Below the pieces are notes generated by a model. It had not been told where the DNA came from. It did no database searches and saw nothing but the letters and a program-made list of their open reading frames with translations. The translations under genes and the position numbers were made by a program. DNA of 64,000 nucleotides from Opitutales bacterium (lineage in GTDB: Bacteria > Verrucomicrobiota > Verrucomicrobiia > Opitutales > UBA953). Within the stretch, counting starts at the first letter, position 1; every line of letters begins with the position of its first letter. Below, in pieces: positions 8,329 through 17,757 of the stretch. The stretch spans positions 611-64,610 of the forward strand of contig JAILGB010000025.1 in the NCBI GenBank assembly GCA_024697185.1, written 5' to 3'.

Positions 8329-9372
8329 CTATTCTTTCATCTTGATCAGATACTCGTTTTGGATCGGATCGACATAGAGGACAAAACGCCGGAGGAGATC
8401 AACTCCGAAGAGGGCGAGCTCCTCTTCGCCGAGCATCGGCTTGACAGCGTCCAATTTTACCGTGTCGCCGATTTCAATCTCAGAGGGAATGCCGATGCGC
8501 AAGGCCTGATTTTGTCCGTGCGCGTTGATGTCGGTGACGGAGAGCAACGCCGTGCGGGTGGGTTCATCGCTCCAGTATTTTTTGGGGACGAGCGTAAAGC
8601 TTGCACCGCAATCGATTTTAAAGGGGATGATCATACCCGTATCTTTGTTTTTGGCAAAAAGTGCGAGCGAACCGTTGGGTTCGAGGGTGCCGTTAACGGG
8701 GCTGAAACCTGTCGGGCGAATTCGCGTCCATGTCAGTGTTTTTTCGCGGACGTCCAAATAAAACGGCGCCGTTCCCAAAGTGGAAATCCCGATAATGCCG
8801 ACAACTTCTCCGGCAGAAAAATTGTGACGAATCGGCGAAAGGTCGTGCTTCATCACCCAAAAATCCCGAAATCTCGAATTGCCGATCCGGAGTTCTTCCA
8901 CGACACCCGCTTCTTTTTGACGGTTTCCTTTGACATTGGTGGGACCGCTGATCATGATCGGGATGCTTTTCATCTCGGGCATATGTTCCTTGACAAAATT
9001 TTCATCAAGCGTCGTATGCGTCGCTCCCGTATCGAGCAGCATGCGGCAACCGATGCCGTTGATCGTCACGGGAACGGTCAGCAAACCGTTTTTGGGATCG
9101 CGCGTCAAAACGACGGGCGCGCCGCAATCGATAGACATTTTCTTGGGCAAAAACGGTCCGTTAAAACGGCAATAGGTTCTAAACGCATCGCTGATTTGTT
9201 TTATCTGCGGATCTTCCGGACGAGGCTTTCTCTCTCCCGACAAGTGCGAGTTCCGACGCAAGGATGTTTCACTGTGATTCGCATCAGCGGGAACGGCTTG
9301 CGCCTGCGTCAAAACCGGCGTTCCCGCGAAACAGAGCGCGAGAAGGGCGAGCGCAAAAAACTTATTTTTCAT
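8329..9372 (-). CDS. secreted two-domain retropepsin-like aspartic protease
   Basis: Signal peptide MKNKFFALALLALCFAG. First lobe LLDTGATHTTLD, second lobe KIDCGASFTLVP. Each lobe has the retropepsin-like downstream GIIG/FGVD-type segment. Confidence 0.6.
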   Translation of the reverse strand: MKNKFFALALLALCFAGTPVLTQAQAVPADANHSETSLRRNSHLSGERKPRPEDPQIKQISDAFRTYCRFNGPFLPKKMSIDCGAPVVLTRDPKNGLLTVPVTINGIGCRMLLDTGATHTTLDENFVKEHMPEMKSIPIMISGPTNVKGNRQKEAGVVEELRIGNSRFRDFWVMKHDLSPIRHNFSAGEVVGIIGISTLGTAPFYLDVREKTLTWTRIRPTGFSPVNGTLEPNGSLALFAKNKDTGMIIPFKIDCGASFTLVPKKYWSDEPTRTALLSVTDINAHGQNQALRIGIPSEIEIGDTVKLDAVKPMLGEEELALFGVDLLRRFVLYVDPIQNEYLIKMKE

Positions 9373-9400
9373 TTTTGAGGCTTCCTGCAAAAATTTTGTC

Positions 9401-10921
9401 TTATTCCCACTCGATAGATGCCGGCGGCTTGGTCGAGATATCGTAGAGAACGCGATTGATGCCTTTGACCTCGTTTAGGATGCGGTTTGAAACTTCGCGC
9501 AAAAGCGGGATCGGGAGCTCGACCCAGTCCGCCGTCATTGCGTCTTCGGAGACGATGGCACGGAGATTGGTTGCAAACTCGTAAGAGCGTTCGTCGCCCT
9601 TGACGCCGACCGTTTTAACGGGAATCAATCCGGCATAAGCCTGCCAGCATTTGTCATACCAGCCGTATTTGCGGAGGGTCGAAATGAAAATGGCGTCGCA
9701 ATCGCGAATAATGTCGAGGCGTTCCCGCGAAACGGCGCCCGGGCAGCGCACCGCCAAGCCCGGTCCCGGGAACGGATGACGCCAGAGAATGTCGTGGGGA
9801 ATGCCCATCGACGCACCGAGTTCGCGAACTTCATCTTTGAAGAGTTCCGCCAAAGGCTCGAGGACTTTGCCTTGTTTTTGCAGTTCGAGCACTCGTTCGA
9901 CGCGATTGTGGTGCGTCTTGATGACGGAAGCTTTGGACTTGGCGTTGGACGCCGACTCGATCACATCGGGATAAAGCGTTCCCTGCGCGAGCATCTCGGC
10001 ATTGCCGACAGCGTCCCAAAAGACATCGATGAAAAGTCCGCCGATAATGCGACGTTTTTTCTCGGGATCGGCTTCGCCGGCGAGGGCGGTCAAAAAGCGT
10101 TCCGAAGCATCAACCGTCTCAATCGCGACGCCCATCCGTTCAAAGTTTGCCTTGACCTCTGCAGCCTCGTTTTTGCGGAGCAGACCGTTATCGACAAAAA
10201 TCGCGCGCATTTTGACGCCCGCTTCGTGCAGGAGAACTGCGAGAACGGTGGAATCGACACCGCCGGAAACACCGCAGACGACCTGCTTGTCACCGACGCG
10301 CTCACGGATTTCGGCAATCATTTGTTTTTTGAAATCGCCGATATCAAATTTTGCCAAGCCTTCCGCCGTATTCAAAAAGTTTTTCAAAATCGTCCGTCCT
10401 TCGTGCGAATGGGTGACTTCGGGATGGAACTGAATCCCCCACATTTTGTCAGCCCAACGCAAGCTCACGGGAACGCCCTCGGCGTTTTTGGCGATGATCT
10501 GGCAGCCTTCCGCGAGATGATCGACGGTGTCCGAGTGACTCATCCACACTTGCGAGCCGCTTGTGACGCCGGCGTAGAGAGGATCGACAGGCTCGACAGG
10601 GACGAGAGCCGCCGGACCGTATTCGCGCTTGTTGGAGGCGCGGACGCTGCCGCCGTGCTTGATGTTGAGCAACTGCATGCCGTAGCAGACGCCGAGCACG
10701 GGAACGCCAAAACTTTTGAGCCAGGCGAAATCAATGTCCGGCGCGTCGGCATCCGTCGTACTTTTGGGACCGCCCGAGAGGATGATCGCTCCCGGATCCT
10801 TGATTTGCTCGAGATCCTCGAGCGCATAGAGTTTTGACTTAAAGCCCAATTCGCGCACGCGGCGCACAATCAATTGTGTGTATTGGGATCCGAAATCGAT
10901 GACGGCGGTTATTTTTTCCAT
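9401..10921 (-). CDS. guaA: GMP synthase (glutamine-hydrolysing)
   Basis: GATase domain (GVCYGMQ, HPE), PP-loop SGGVDS, C-terminal ...PPASIEWE. Confidence 0.95.
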   Translation of the reverse strand: MEKITAVIDFGSQYTQLIVRRVRELGFKSKLYALEDLEQIKDPGAIILSGGPKSTTDADAPDIDFAWLKSFGVPVLGVCYGMQLLNIKHGGSVRASNKREYGPAALVPVEPVDPLYAGVTSGSQVWMSHSDTVDHLAEGCQIIAKNAEGVPVSLRWADKMWGIQFHPEVTHSHEGRTILKNFLNTAEGLAKFDIGDFKKQMIAEIRERVGDKQVVCGVSGGVDSTVLAVLLHEAGVKMRAIFVDNGLLRKNEAAEVKANFERMGVAIETVDASERFLTALAGEADPEKKRRIIGGLFIDVFWDAVGNAEMLAQGTLYPDVIESASNAKSKASVIKTHHNRVERVLELQKQGKVLEPLAELFKDEVRELGASMGIPHDILWRHPFPGPGLAVRCPGAVSRERLDIIRDCDAIFISTLRKYGWYDKCWQAYAGLIPVKTVGVKGDERSYEFATNLRAIVSEDAMTADWVELPIPLLREVSNRILNEVKGINRVLYDISTKPPASIEWE

Positions 10922-11058
10922 AATACTTACATTATATGCGCGCGGGCGGGAACTTTAAAGATAAAATCCAGCGGGAACGAAGTGCCCCGCGAAAAAAATC
11001 CGGCGTTCCCGCCAAAATGAAAATGTCGCCTGCAAACGGCGTTCCCGGGAGGGGAAGA

Positions 11059-12273
11059 CTAAAACCACTTTTTCTTTTTGAAAAAGAAAATGGACGCGGC
11101 AATAAACACGGCGCAAAATACGGCTACGACAAGGAGCCAGACGGAGCCGCTGAGCCAGGCGGGGAAATTGAAATTCATCCCGAAAAATCCCGTCACGAAG
11201 GTAATCGGGATAAAGAAGAACGTAATCGTCGTCAAAAGCCGGATGATCTCGTTGGTGCGGCGATTATGTTCGTTTTGATAAAAATCCTGAAGTTCCTGCA
11301 AAACGTTCCGCGAATGGTCGAGCCGGTCAAAAGAGCGTTGGGCATGGTCGTCAAGGTCGTCAAAATACATGTCCATTTCCTTCGGCAAAAGCGGATGGTC
11401 GATGGTGCGAAGCTTGTGAACCATACCCGAAAGCGGCTTGATCATTCTGCCGAGACGGATAACGAGGCGTTTGAGATGATAAATCGAGCGGATGTCTTCG
11501 CCGCCCTTGTCATTGTCGTTTGCCTCGATCGCGTTGTCCTCGAGCTCGGAAATTGAGTCTTCGATCTCCTCCGTCAAAACCAGGATGCGGTCCACGAGCG
11601 CGTCAACAAGCACATAGAGCAGGTAGGGCGAACCCCAGTTGCGAATCTTGCCGGAGTTGGTCGCGATGCGTTTTTCGATGTTCTCAAAAATACGTTCGCG
11701 TTTTTCGTGAAATGAGACAAGGAAGTGACCGCCGGCGACAAAGGCGATCTGCTGTCCCTTGGGCTGGAGCTCTTCAAGGTCGTTGAGGCGGACGGCGCGC
11801 GTAATCGCCATAATGATGTCGTCGCCGTATTCTTCAAATTTGGGACGGGACCACTGGTTCAAGACGTCCTCTTGCGCGAGCGGAGGGATTCCGAAAATCG
11901 CGCCGACAAGCTTGACAACCTCCGGTTCGCGAAGACCCATCACCTGCACCCAGACGACACCGTCTTTTTTTTCTGCAAAAATCGGCAGTTTGTCAATGTC
12001 TTCAAATTCATCCAGCGTAAATTCCTCACTCGTGTAGGAAATGACGCGGAAACGCACTTCGTCGGCGTTTTCAAACGGCGATTCCTCCGGGAGCATACCC
12101 GGTTCACGACCGATTTCCGACTCGTCAACCTCCTCTTCCTCCGGATGGGTCGCGCTGGCGGGAACGTCTTCGTCAGGATTGAACACATCATCATAGGCAG
12201 GTCGCCGGCGGCTCAAAAAACTTTTGATTTTCTCAAAAAATGTTTCTTCATGAGTTTTGTGGTCATGAATCAT
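11059..12273 (-). CDS. corA: CorA-family magnesium/cobalt transporter with an acidic N-terminal extension
   Basis: C-terminal TM pair with the FFGMNF (GMN) signature. Confidence 0.85.
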   Translation of the reverse strand: MIHDHKTHEETFFEKIKSFLSRRRPAYDDVFNPDEDVPASATHPEEEEVDESEIGREPGMLPEESPFENADEVRFRVISYTSEEFTLDEFEDIDKLPIFAEKKDGVVWVQVMGLREPEVVKLVGAIFGIPPLAQEDVLNQWSRPKFEEYGDDIIMAITRAVRLNDLEELQPKGQQIAFVAGGHFLVSFHEKRERIFENIEKRIATNSGKIRNWGSPYLLYVLVDALVDRILVLTEEIEDSISELEDNAIEANDNDKGGEDIRSIYHLKRLVIRLGRMIKPLSGMVHKLRTIDHPLLPKEMDMYFDDLDDHAQRSFDRLDHSRNVLQELQDFYQNEHNRRTNEIIRLLTTITFFFIPITFVTGFFGMNFNFPAWLSGSVWLLVVAVFCAVFIAASIFFFKKKKWF

Positions 12274-12376
12274 GGCGAGAGTTCCTTTCTATTGATGATT
12301 GTTAAATAAATTTTACATTTTTTTTAATCTTGAACGCCGCGGGCGGCTCCGTCAAGAACAATTGGCTCGGGAACGC

Positions 12377-13063
12377 CTATTTGCTCCACCTCAGGATGAG
12401 AATTTCGTTGAGATCCCTTCCGTTGTAGAGCTTTGTTCCCGTTCCCGCGACGATGATGAGATAAGTCTCGGTCATGCCGACATGGAGATTGTTCCCGTAA
12501 CGCCAAGTCCGTTTGACATTTTCCCTGCTGTCGGCTGCGGCGACAATGCGAACTGTCAAATCTTCGCCGGGCTTGGAGAGACAATGGTAAGTCTCCGTTT
12601 CGCCGGCGGGAACGACAATGCGAACATCCTCAAGCTGATCGATTGTGCCGCGCAGAGATTTTTCCGTCAGATTGATCAGATAAACCGTTCCCGCCGCATA
12701 TTTTTTCTTGTCGGCATCAAAAATTTTTGCGGTAAAGGGTCGCCGTTTTGTTTCGGGGAAAATAAGCAAGCCGCATTTGTCAAAGTCCGCGGGAACGACG
12801 GCGGAGCCTTGGAGAAGATAGTCGCCGGACTCGTTCTTGAGAAAAATCTCTATTTCGTCACCGACATCGATGGAAATGCTTTTAGTCGGCAACGCGGCGT
12901 TTTCACCGATGAGTTTGCGGTAATTGCCGCCTGACTTAACATAAAAATGGGAATCGCGCGACAGGTCGGAAGAATCGAAAACAGTGAAAAGCTCGACCGT
13001 TCTCGCCGGCACGGCACACGGGAACGCCAAGACGGCAAAAATGAAGAAGATCAGAGCTTTCAT
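12377..13063 (-). CDS. hypothetical secreted protein
   Basis: Signal peptide MKALIFFIFAVLAFPCAVPA. No motif recognised. Last gene of the fhs-lolCE-like cluster. Confidence 0.45.
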   Translation of the reverse strand: MKALIFFIFAVLAFPCAVPARTVELFTVFDSSDLSRDSHFYVKSGGNYRKLIGENAALPTKSISIDVGDEIEIFLKNESGDYLLQGSAVVPADFDKCGLLIFPETKRRPFTAKIFDADKKKYAAGTVYLINLTEKSLRGTIDQLEDVRIVVPAGETETYHCLSKPGEDLTVRIVAAADSRENVKRTWRYGNNLHVGMTETYLIIVAGTGTKLYNGRDLNEILILRWSK

Positions 13064-13072
13064 AGGTTAAAA

Positions 13073-14347
13073 CTACTCTGTCCGCATTGCTTCGGCGGGA
13101 CGTTTGCGCGCCGCGAGAATCGCGGGAACGAGCGCGGCGAGAGTTGTGATCCCGATCGTAAAAATTCCGGCGACGACAAAATCTTCGAGGCTGTAATGGA
13201 CGGGGATTTGAGAGAAAAGATATTGGGTCTGAATCATGTCGCCGCTACCGAAAAGCGAATTGATGAAACGAACGATGTTGTCACGGCAGGCGACGATCCA
13301 AAAAGTCAGTCCGCAACCGCAGGCATAGCCGATAACACCGACGACAACACCCTGGAAGACGAATATGCCGAGGATTTGCCAGGGTCTGCCGCCGAGCGCG
13401 CCGATAATGCCGATTTCGCGGGAACGCTTGATAACCGCGCTAAACAAGGTGCTCGCGATCGAAAATGACGCCACAATCGTCACGATGAACATGAGGAAAA
13501 AAAGCATCGTCTTTTCAAACTGCACCGCCTGCAAAAAATTCCAATTGATCTGCAACCAGGAAATGGCGCGCAATTGTGCGGGAAGAACCTTGTTGATGCG
13601 CGGCAGGTATTCGACGGCGCGTTCGGGATCGTCGATGCGTATGCGGAGCCCGTGCACGCGTTTGCCGAGATGGTAAAAATCCTGCATGCGCCGCAGCGTG
13701 ACGATAATCGTGTTTTGGTCTGCGGGATAATAGCCCGATTCAAAAATGCCGCAGACTTCGAGTTCGACCGGCAGGGGCATTTCACCCTCGTCGATATCGT
13801 CAATCATCGTTGGCGAATAGACCTCGACGGTCTGTCCGGCGGGAACGAAGATTTTTCCCTCGCTGTCAATATCCCATTCGATGCCCAATTCCTGCGCCAG
13901 GACTTTGCCGACAATCACGCGATCGTCATCCAAATCATCCGCTTTGCCGGCGACAATCAGTTTTTTTACGGGAACGACCTTGTCTTCCTGGTCGATATCA
14001 ATCCCGCGAACAAAAGGCAGGGAAGGGATATTGCCGTGCTTGACCATCACCTGACCTTCGGCAAAGGGCGAAACCGCCACGACTCCGGGAACGTCGCCGA
14101 GCGTCTGCGCGAGTTCCTTGTAATTGCCGACGGCGTGCCCTGAGGGATTTTTGACGACGACATGGCCATACATCCGCTGGATGTTTTCGCGATGCTCGCA
14201 GGCATAGCCGTTCATCACCGTTTGCACGACGAGGAGGGAGCAGACGCCGACCGCCACACCGATGATGGAGACAACGGCAAACGCCGACAGCCGCAGGGGC
14301 TTATCCGGCGGGAACAGCTGTTTTAGCGCGAGAAAAAAAGGCCACAT
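13073..14347 (-). CDS. ABC transporter permease, LolC/E / MacB-like (FtsX domain)
   Basis: N-terminal TM, large periplasmic domain, and a C-terminal 3-TM FtsX domain ending LAARKRPAEAMRTE. The ATG at 14347 (MWPFFLALKQ) avoids overlap with fhs. Confidence 0.75.
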   Translation of the reverse strand: MWPFFLALKQLFPPDKPLRLSAFAVVSIIGVAVGVCSLLVVQTVMNGYACEHRENIQRMYGHVVVKNPSGHAVGNYKELAQTLGDVPGVVAVSPFAEGQVMVKHGNIPSLPFVRGIDIDQEDKVVPVKKLIVAGKADDLDDDRVIVGKVLAQELGIEWDIDSEGKIFVPAGQTVEVYSPTMIDDIDEGEMPLPVELEVCGIFESGYYPADQNTIIVTLRRMQDFYHLGKRVHGLRIRIDDPERAVEYLPRINKVLPAQLRAISWLQINWNFLQAVQFEKTMLFFLMFIVTIVASFSIASTLFSAVIKRSREIGIIGALGGRPWQILGIFVFQGVVVGVIGYACGCGLTFWIVACRDNIVRFINSLFGSGDMIQTQYLFSQIPVHYSLEDFVVAGIFTIGITTLAALVPAILAARKRPAEAMRTE

Positions 14348-14355
14348 TGTCCGAA

Positions 14356-15981
14356 CTAACAGCCCAACATTCCTGTAATCGTGCCGTCGGGAGCGAGATC
14401 GATCGTCTCCGCACACGGAGCCTTGGGCAATGCCGGCATTCGCATAATCTCACCGGTGAGCGCCACCAAAAATCCTGCCCCGAGAGCGATTTCAAAATCA
14501 CGGATTGTAATTTTAAAATTGCGCGGACGACCGAGTTTTGCGGGATCGTCAGAAATCGAATTTTGGGTTTTCGCCATACAGATCATCAGATTTTCCGCTC
14601 CTGCCGCATTGAGCATCTCAAGTTTTTTGAGTGCCTTAGGCGAAATGACGACACCGTCCGCGCCGTAGATTTCGCGGGCGATAGTCTCGAGCTTTTCCTT
14701 GACGGGGATATCGAGCGGATAGAGCGCTTTGTAGGGCTCACTTTTCTCTTGGCAGGCTTCGCAAACAAGTTTCGCCAGATCGACACAGCCCGCGCCGCCC
14801 TCGGCAAAAGAGCCGGCATAGGCGGCGGGAACGCCGTAACGCGCGCAACAGTCGCGAACAACGGCAAATTCTTCCTCCGTATCCGTCGGGAAACGATTGA
14901 GGGCGACAACGATGGGGCGTTTGAACTTTTTGGCGGATTCAATGTGGGCTTCGAGATTTTCAAGTCCGCGGCGAACAGCCTCCGTGTCGGGATCGGTCAG
15001 TTCCTTAAGTCCTTTGCCGCCATGCATTTTGAGTGCGCGAATCGTTGCCACGAGAACGACGGCATCGGGAGCGAAGCCGGCATTACGGCACTGGATATCA
15101 AAAAACTTTTCACCGCCGAGATCGAAAGCGAAGCCCGCTTCCGTGATCGCGTAATCGGCGTGCGTCAGAGCCATTTTTGTCGCGATAAGGGAATTGCATC
15201 CTTGGGCGATATTGGCGAACGGTCCGCCGTGAATAAATGCGGGAACGCCTTCCACCGACTGGACGAGATTGGGTTTGAAGGCTTCTTTGAGAATCGCCAT
15301 CATCGATCCCGTGACACCGATTTCCTTGGCGAAGACCGGCTTGTTTTCCGCATCAAAACCGACAACGATATTGTCCAGGCGGGAACGCAAATCTTCGTAA
15401 CTCTCCGCCAAACAGAGAATCGCCATGATCTCGGACGCGACCGTGATATCAAATCCGCTTTCGCGGGGAAGTCCGTTCCCCTGGCAACCGACAACGATGT
15501 TGCGCAAGGAGCGGTCGTTCATGTCAATCACGCGTTTCCAGGTGATGCGGCGCGGGTCGAGACGCGTCATGCGAAAATAAAGTTTGTTATCAATTGCCGC
15601 TGCCAAAAGATTGTGCGCGGCGGTAATGGCGTGAAAGTCGCCGGTAAACTGCAGATTGATTTCCGTCGAAGGCTGCACCGTGGATTTGCCGCCTCCGGTC
15701 GCGCCGCCTTTTCTGCCGAAAACAGGTCCCATCGACGGCTGACGCAGTGCCAAACAAACTTTTTTGCCGATGATCTGCATACCTTGGGCGAGCCCGATCG
15801 AAGTTGTCGTCTTGCCTTCGCCTGCGGGCGTCGGGGTTATGGCGGAGACCAAAATCAATTTTCCGCTTTTGCCGGTGTTCAAGGCGTCGAGCGAAATTTT
15901 CGCTTTGTCTCGACCGTAGGGCTCCACATGGCTTTCATCGATGCCGAGCCGGTTAGCGATTTTCAAAATAGGCAGTTCCAT
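14356..15981 (-). CDS. fhs: formate--tetrahydrofolate ligase
   Basis: PTPAGEGKTTTSIGL P-loop and full-length similarity to FTHFS. Confidence 0.95.
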   Translation of the reverse strand: MELPILKIANRLGIDESHVEPYGRDKAKISLDALNTGKSGKLILVSAITPTPAGEGKTTTSIGLAQGMQIIGKKVCLALRQPSMGPVFGRKGGATGGGKSTVQPSTEINLQFTGDFHAITAAHNLLAAAIDNKLYFRMTRLDPRRITWKRVIDMNDRSLRNIVVGCQGNGLPRESGFDITVASEIMAILCLAESYEDLRSRLDNIVVGFDAENKPVFAKEIGVTGSMMAILKEAFKPNLVQSVEGVPAFIHGGPFANIAQGCNSLIATKMALTHADYAITEAGFAFDLGGEKFFDIQCRNAGFAPDAVVLVATIRALKMHGGKGLKELTDPDTEAVRRGLENLEAHIESAKKFKRPIVVALNRFPTDTEEEFAVVRDCCARYGVPAAYAGSFAEGGAGCVDLAKLVCEACQEKSEPYKALYPLDIPVKEKLETIAREIYGADGVVISPKALKKLEMLNAAGAENLMICMAKTQNSISDDPAKLGRPRNFKITIRDFEIALGAGFLVALTGEIMRMPALPKAPCAETIDLAPDGTITGMLGC

Positions 15982-15997
15982 AATTTTTTAATTATAA

Positions 15998-16056
15998 CAA
16001 TTGTTAGAGTCAGTTCTCAAATTTTAATCCGCCGTTCCCGCGGCGATGGCTTCATT
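15998..16056. repeat. left copy of a direct repeat (duplicated rph 3' end)
   Basis: Core 16007-16040 GAGTCAGTTCTCAAATTTTAATCCGCCGTTCCCG matches 16999-17032 with 1 mismatch. Weaker similarity continues on both sides. Confidence 0.85.
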
Positions 16057-16767
16057 TTTTTGTTTGATATTTTGTTTAAATAATTTGTTTGCGCGTTTTG
16101 AATCGTATTTATCAGGGAGCGGTAGGACTTTCTTTTTGATTTGATTTTTTTGTTCAATGACATATTCGATCCAATCTTCTGTTGTTACATTTAAAAACAT
16201 TGGCATCGGTTCGTTTAAACCATCGCTTGCATTTATCCATGTTTTTAAATCATCATTGTAAAAGAAATCAAAAGTATTTTTCGTTTCCCATAAACCATAA
16301 TTTCTATTGCTACACCAAAATTGTGGAAAAACTCCAGAAATTTTAAAATATCCATCATCGGTAATTGAAAATGGCGTTCTCCCAAATAATAATTTAGAAA
16401 AAAGTTCTTTTTTTGAAACAATTAAATCTTCAAAGGCATAAGGATTTATATCCACGCCAACAGAATTCCAAAGACTTTTCAAACATTTTGCGGTTTCTGT
16501 AAGAAAAATTTCTTTCTTGTTGGTCTTATAATGGGAAAGCGAATTTTCCAATGCAGTTTCAGGCGTATTCTTTTTTTGAAAATAGAGCGCCGCAAGTGAA
16601 TTCCCATAAGAGCCATACGAAACACAAATGACCCATCGCTTATCGTTGTGTTGCATCAATAAATATTGTGTAGATCCCTGTTTAATAGGGATTATTTTAT
16701 CTTTTATTGTGTCTGCATAAACGCAAGGGGAGATTAAAAGAAAAATAAAAATTATAATCGATTTCAT
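16024..16767 (-). CDS. hypothetical exported protein carried on an AT-rich insertion
   Basis: Signal peptide MKSIIIFIFLLISPCVYA. AT-rich with no genome word inside. The last ~8 codons (AIAAGTAD*) come from the duplicated rph end (AILTGMAD*). Confidence 0.5.
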   Translation of the reverse strand: MKSIIIFIFLLISPCVYADTIKDKIIPIKQGSTQYLLMQHNDKRWVICVSYGSYGNSLAALYFQKKNTPETALENSLSHYKTNKKEIFLTETAKCLKSLWNSVGVDINPYAFEDLIVSKKELFSKLLFGRTPFSITDDGYFKISGVFPQFWCSNRNYGLWETKNTFDFFYNDDLKTWINASDGLNEPMPMFLNVTTEDWIEYVIEQKNQIKKKVLPLPDKYDSKRANKLFKQNIKQKNEAIAAGTAD

Positions 16768-16770
16768 AGT

Positions 16771-16986
16771 TATTCTTTATCGATTGAGACTTTGAACAGA
16801 ATGTGTTCGAGCCGAAGGGAAGGGATAATCGGGATCTTCTCCTTCAATAGGGGCTATTACAGAATCTCCAAGGTAAAAAGTATAGTTTTTTATCATTAGA
16901 TTAGCATTGCAGCCAGAATCGCCATAAACAGTTGTAATTGTTTCACTTTCAATTTCTGTTATATTTTGAATTAAAAGCGCAATTTC
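16771..16986 (-). pseudogene. 5'-truncated ORF fragment inside the insertion
   Basis: The minus-strand frame is open from just after the rph stop region (...IALLIQNITEIESETITTVYGDSGCNANLMIKNYTFYLGDSVIAPIEGEDPDYPFPSARTHSVQSLNR*). It has no plausible start at its 5' end. Confidence 0.3.
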
Positions 16987-16989
16987 AAA

Positions 16990-17048
16990 AAATTGTCGGA
17001 GTCAGTTCTCAAATTTTAATCCGCCATTCCCGTGAGGATCGCTTTTTG
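16990..17048. repeat. right copy of the direct repeat (authentic rph 3' end)
   Basis: See 15998-16056. Confidence 0.85.
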
Positions 17049-17753
17049 CTGCAATTCCGAAATTTCGCCGATGCCTTTTTTCGCGAGTGCGATAAGCGCG
17101 GCGAGTTCGTCGGGTGAAAAAGTCGCTTCTTCGCCGGTGGACTGGACTTCGACAAAACATCCCGTTCCCGTCATTACGATATTGGCATCGACGGCGGCAT
17201 CCTTGTCTTCGCAATAACAAAGATCGAGCAGGGCGTTCCCGTCAAAAATTCCTGCACTGATCGCAGCGACGGAGTCGGTGAACGGATCTTCGGCGAGTTT
17301 GCCTTGGGCTATCAGACGTTGAACGGCGATTTTTGCGGCGATATAGGCTCCGGAAATCGATGTTGTGCGCGTGCCTCCGTCAGCCTGCAGCACATCGCAA
17401 TCGATCCAAAGGGTATAACCTTCGAGTTTTGACAAATCGAGCACTGCCCGCAGGGAACGTCCGATCAGGCGTTGAATCTCGACCGTGCGGCCGTCAAGTT
17501 TTCCGCGGGAAATATCCCGGGCTTTGCGTTCGAGAGTCGAATAGGGCAAGAGGGAATACTCCGCCGTCAGCCATCCGCCGGGAACGCCCTGCGCCTTCAT
17601 CCACGAGGGCACTTTCGCTTCAAGGGAGGCGGCGCAAATCACACGGGTGTTCCCGCAAATCGCCAAAACCGATCCCGTCGCATTGGGAGCGATGCCGGGA
17701 ACGAAAGAAATCGGGCGCAACTGGTCGTTTTTTCTGCCGTCTGTGCGTTCCAT
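17016..17753 (-). CDS. rph: ribonuclease PH
   Basis: MERTDGRKNDQLRPI... and full-length RNase PH similarity. Confidence 0.95.
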   Translation of the reverse strand: MERTDGRKNDQLRPISFVPGIAPNATGSVLAICGNTRVICAASLEAKVPSWMKAQGVPGGWLTAEYSLLPYSTLERKARDISRGKLDGRTVEIQRLIGRSLRAVLDLSKLEGYTLWIDCDVLQADGGTRTTSISGAYIAAKIAVQRLIAQGKLAEDPFTDSVAAISAGIFDGNALLDLCYCEDKDAAVDANIVMTGTGCFVEVQSTGEEATFSPDELAALIALAKKGIGEISELQQKAILTGMAD

Positions 17754-17757
17754 AACT

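Noticed and set aside
10922-11058. A word-containing hairpin downstream of corA as a terminator.
   Set aside because: Only short or ambiguous stems can be drawn (GGCG/CGCC around GGAA). The evidence is not good enough to annotate.
14347-16083. A 578-aa ORF on the + strand, and similar long ORFs at 8224-9378, 9776-10837, 40706-42202, 45979-47466, 55929-57308, 61700-63037 and 51281-52183.
   Set aside because: Each lies antisense to a gene with unmistakable conserved motifs (fhs, protease, guaA, glgP, thrB/argF, thiC, glgC, smc). Their translations are Arg/Phe/Gly-rich and low in complexity, with no motifs. These are shadow ORFs typical of mid/high-GC coding DNA.
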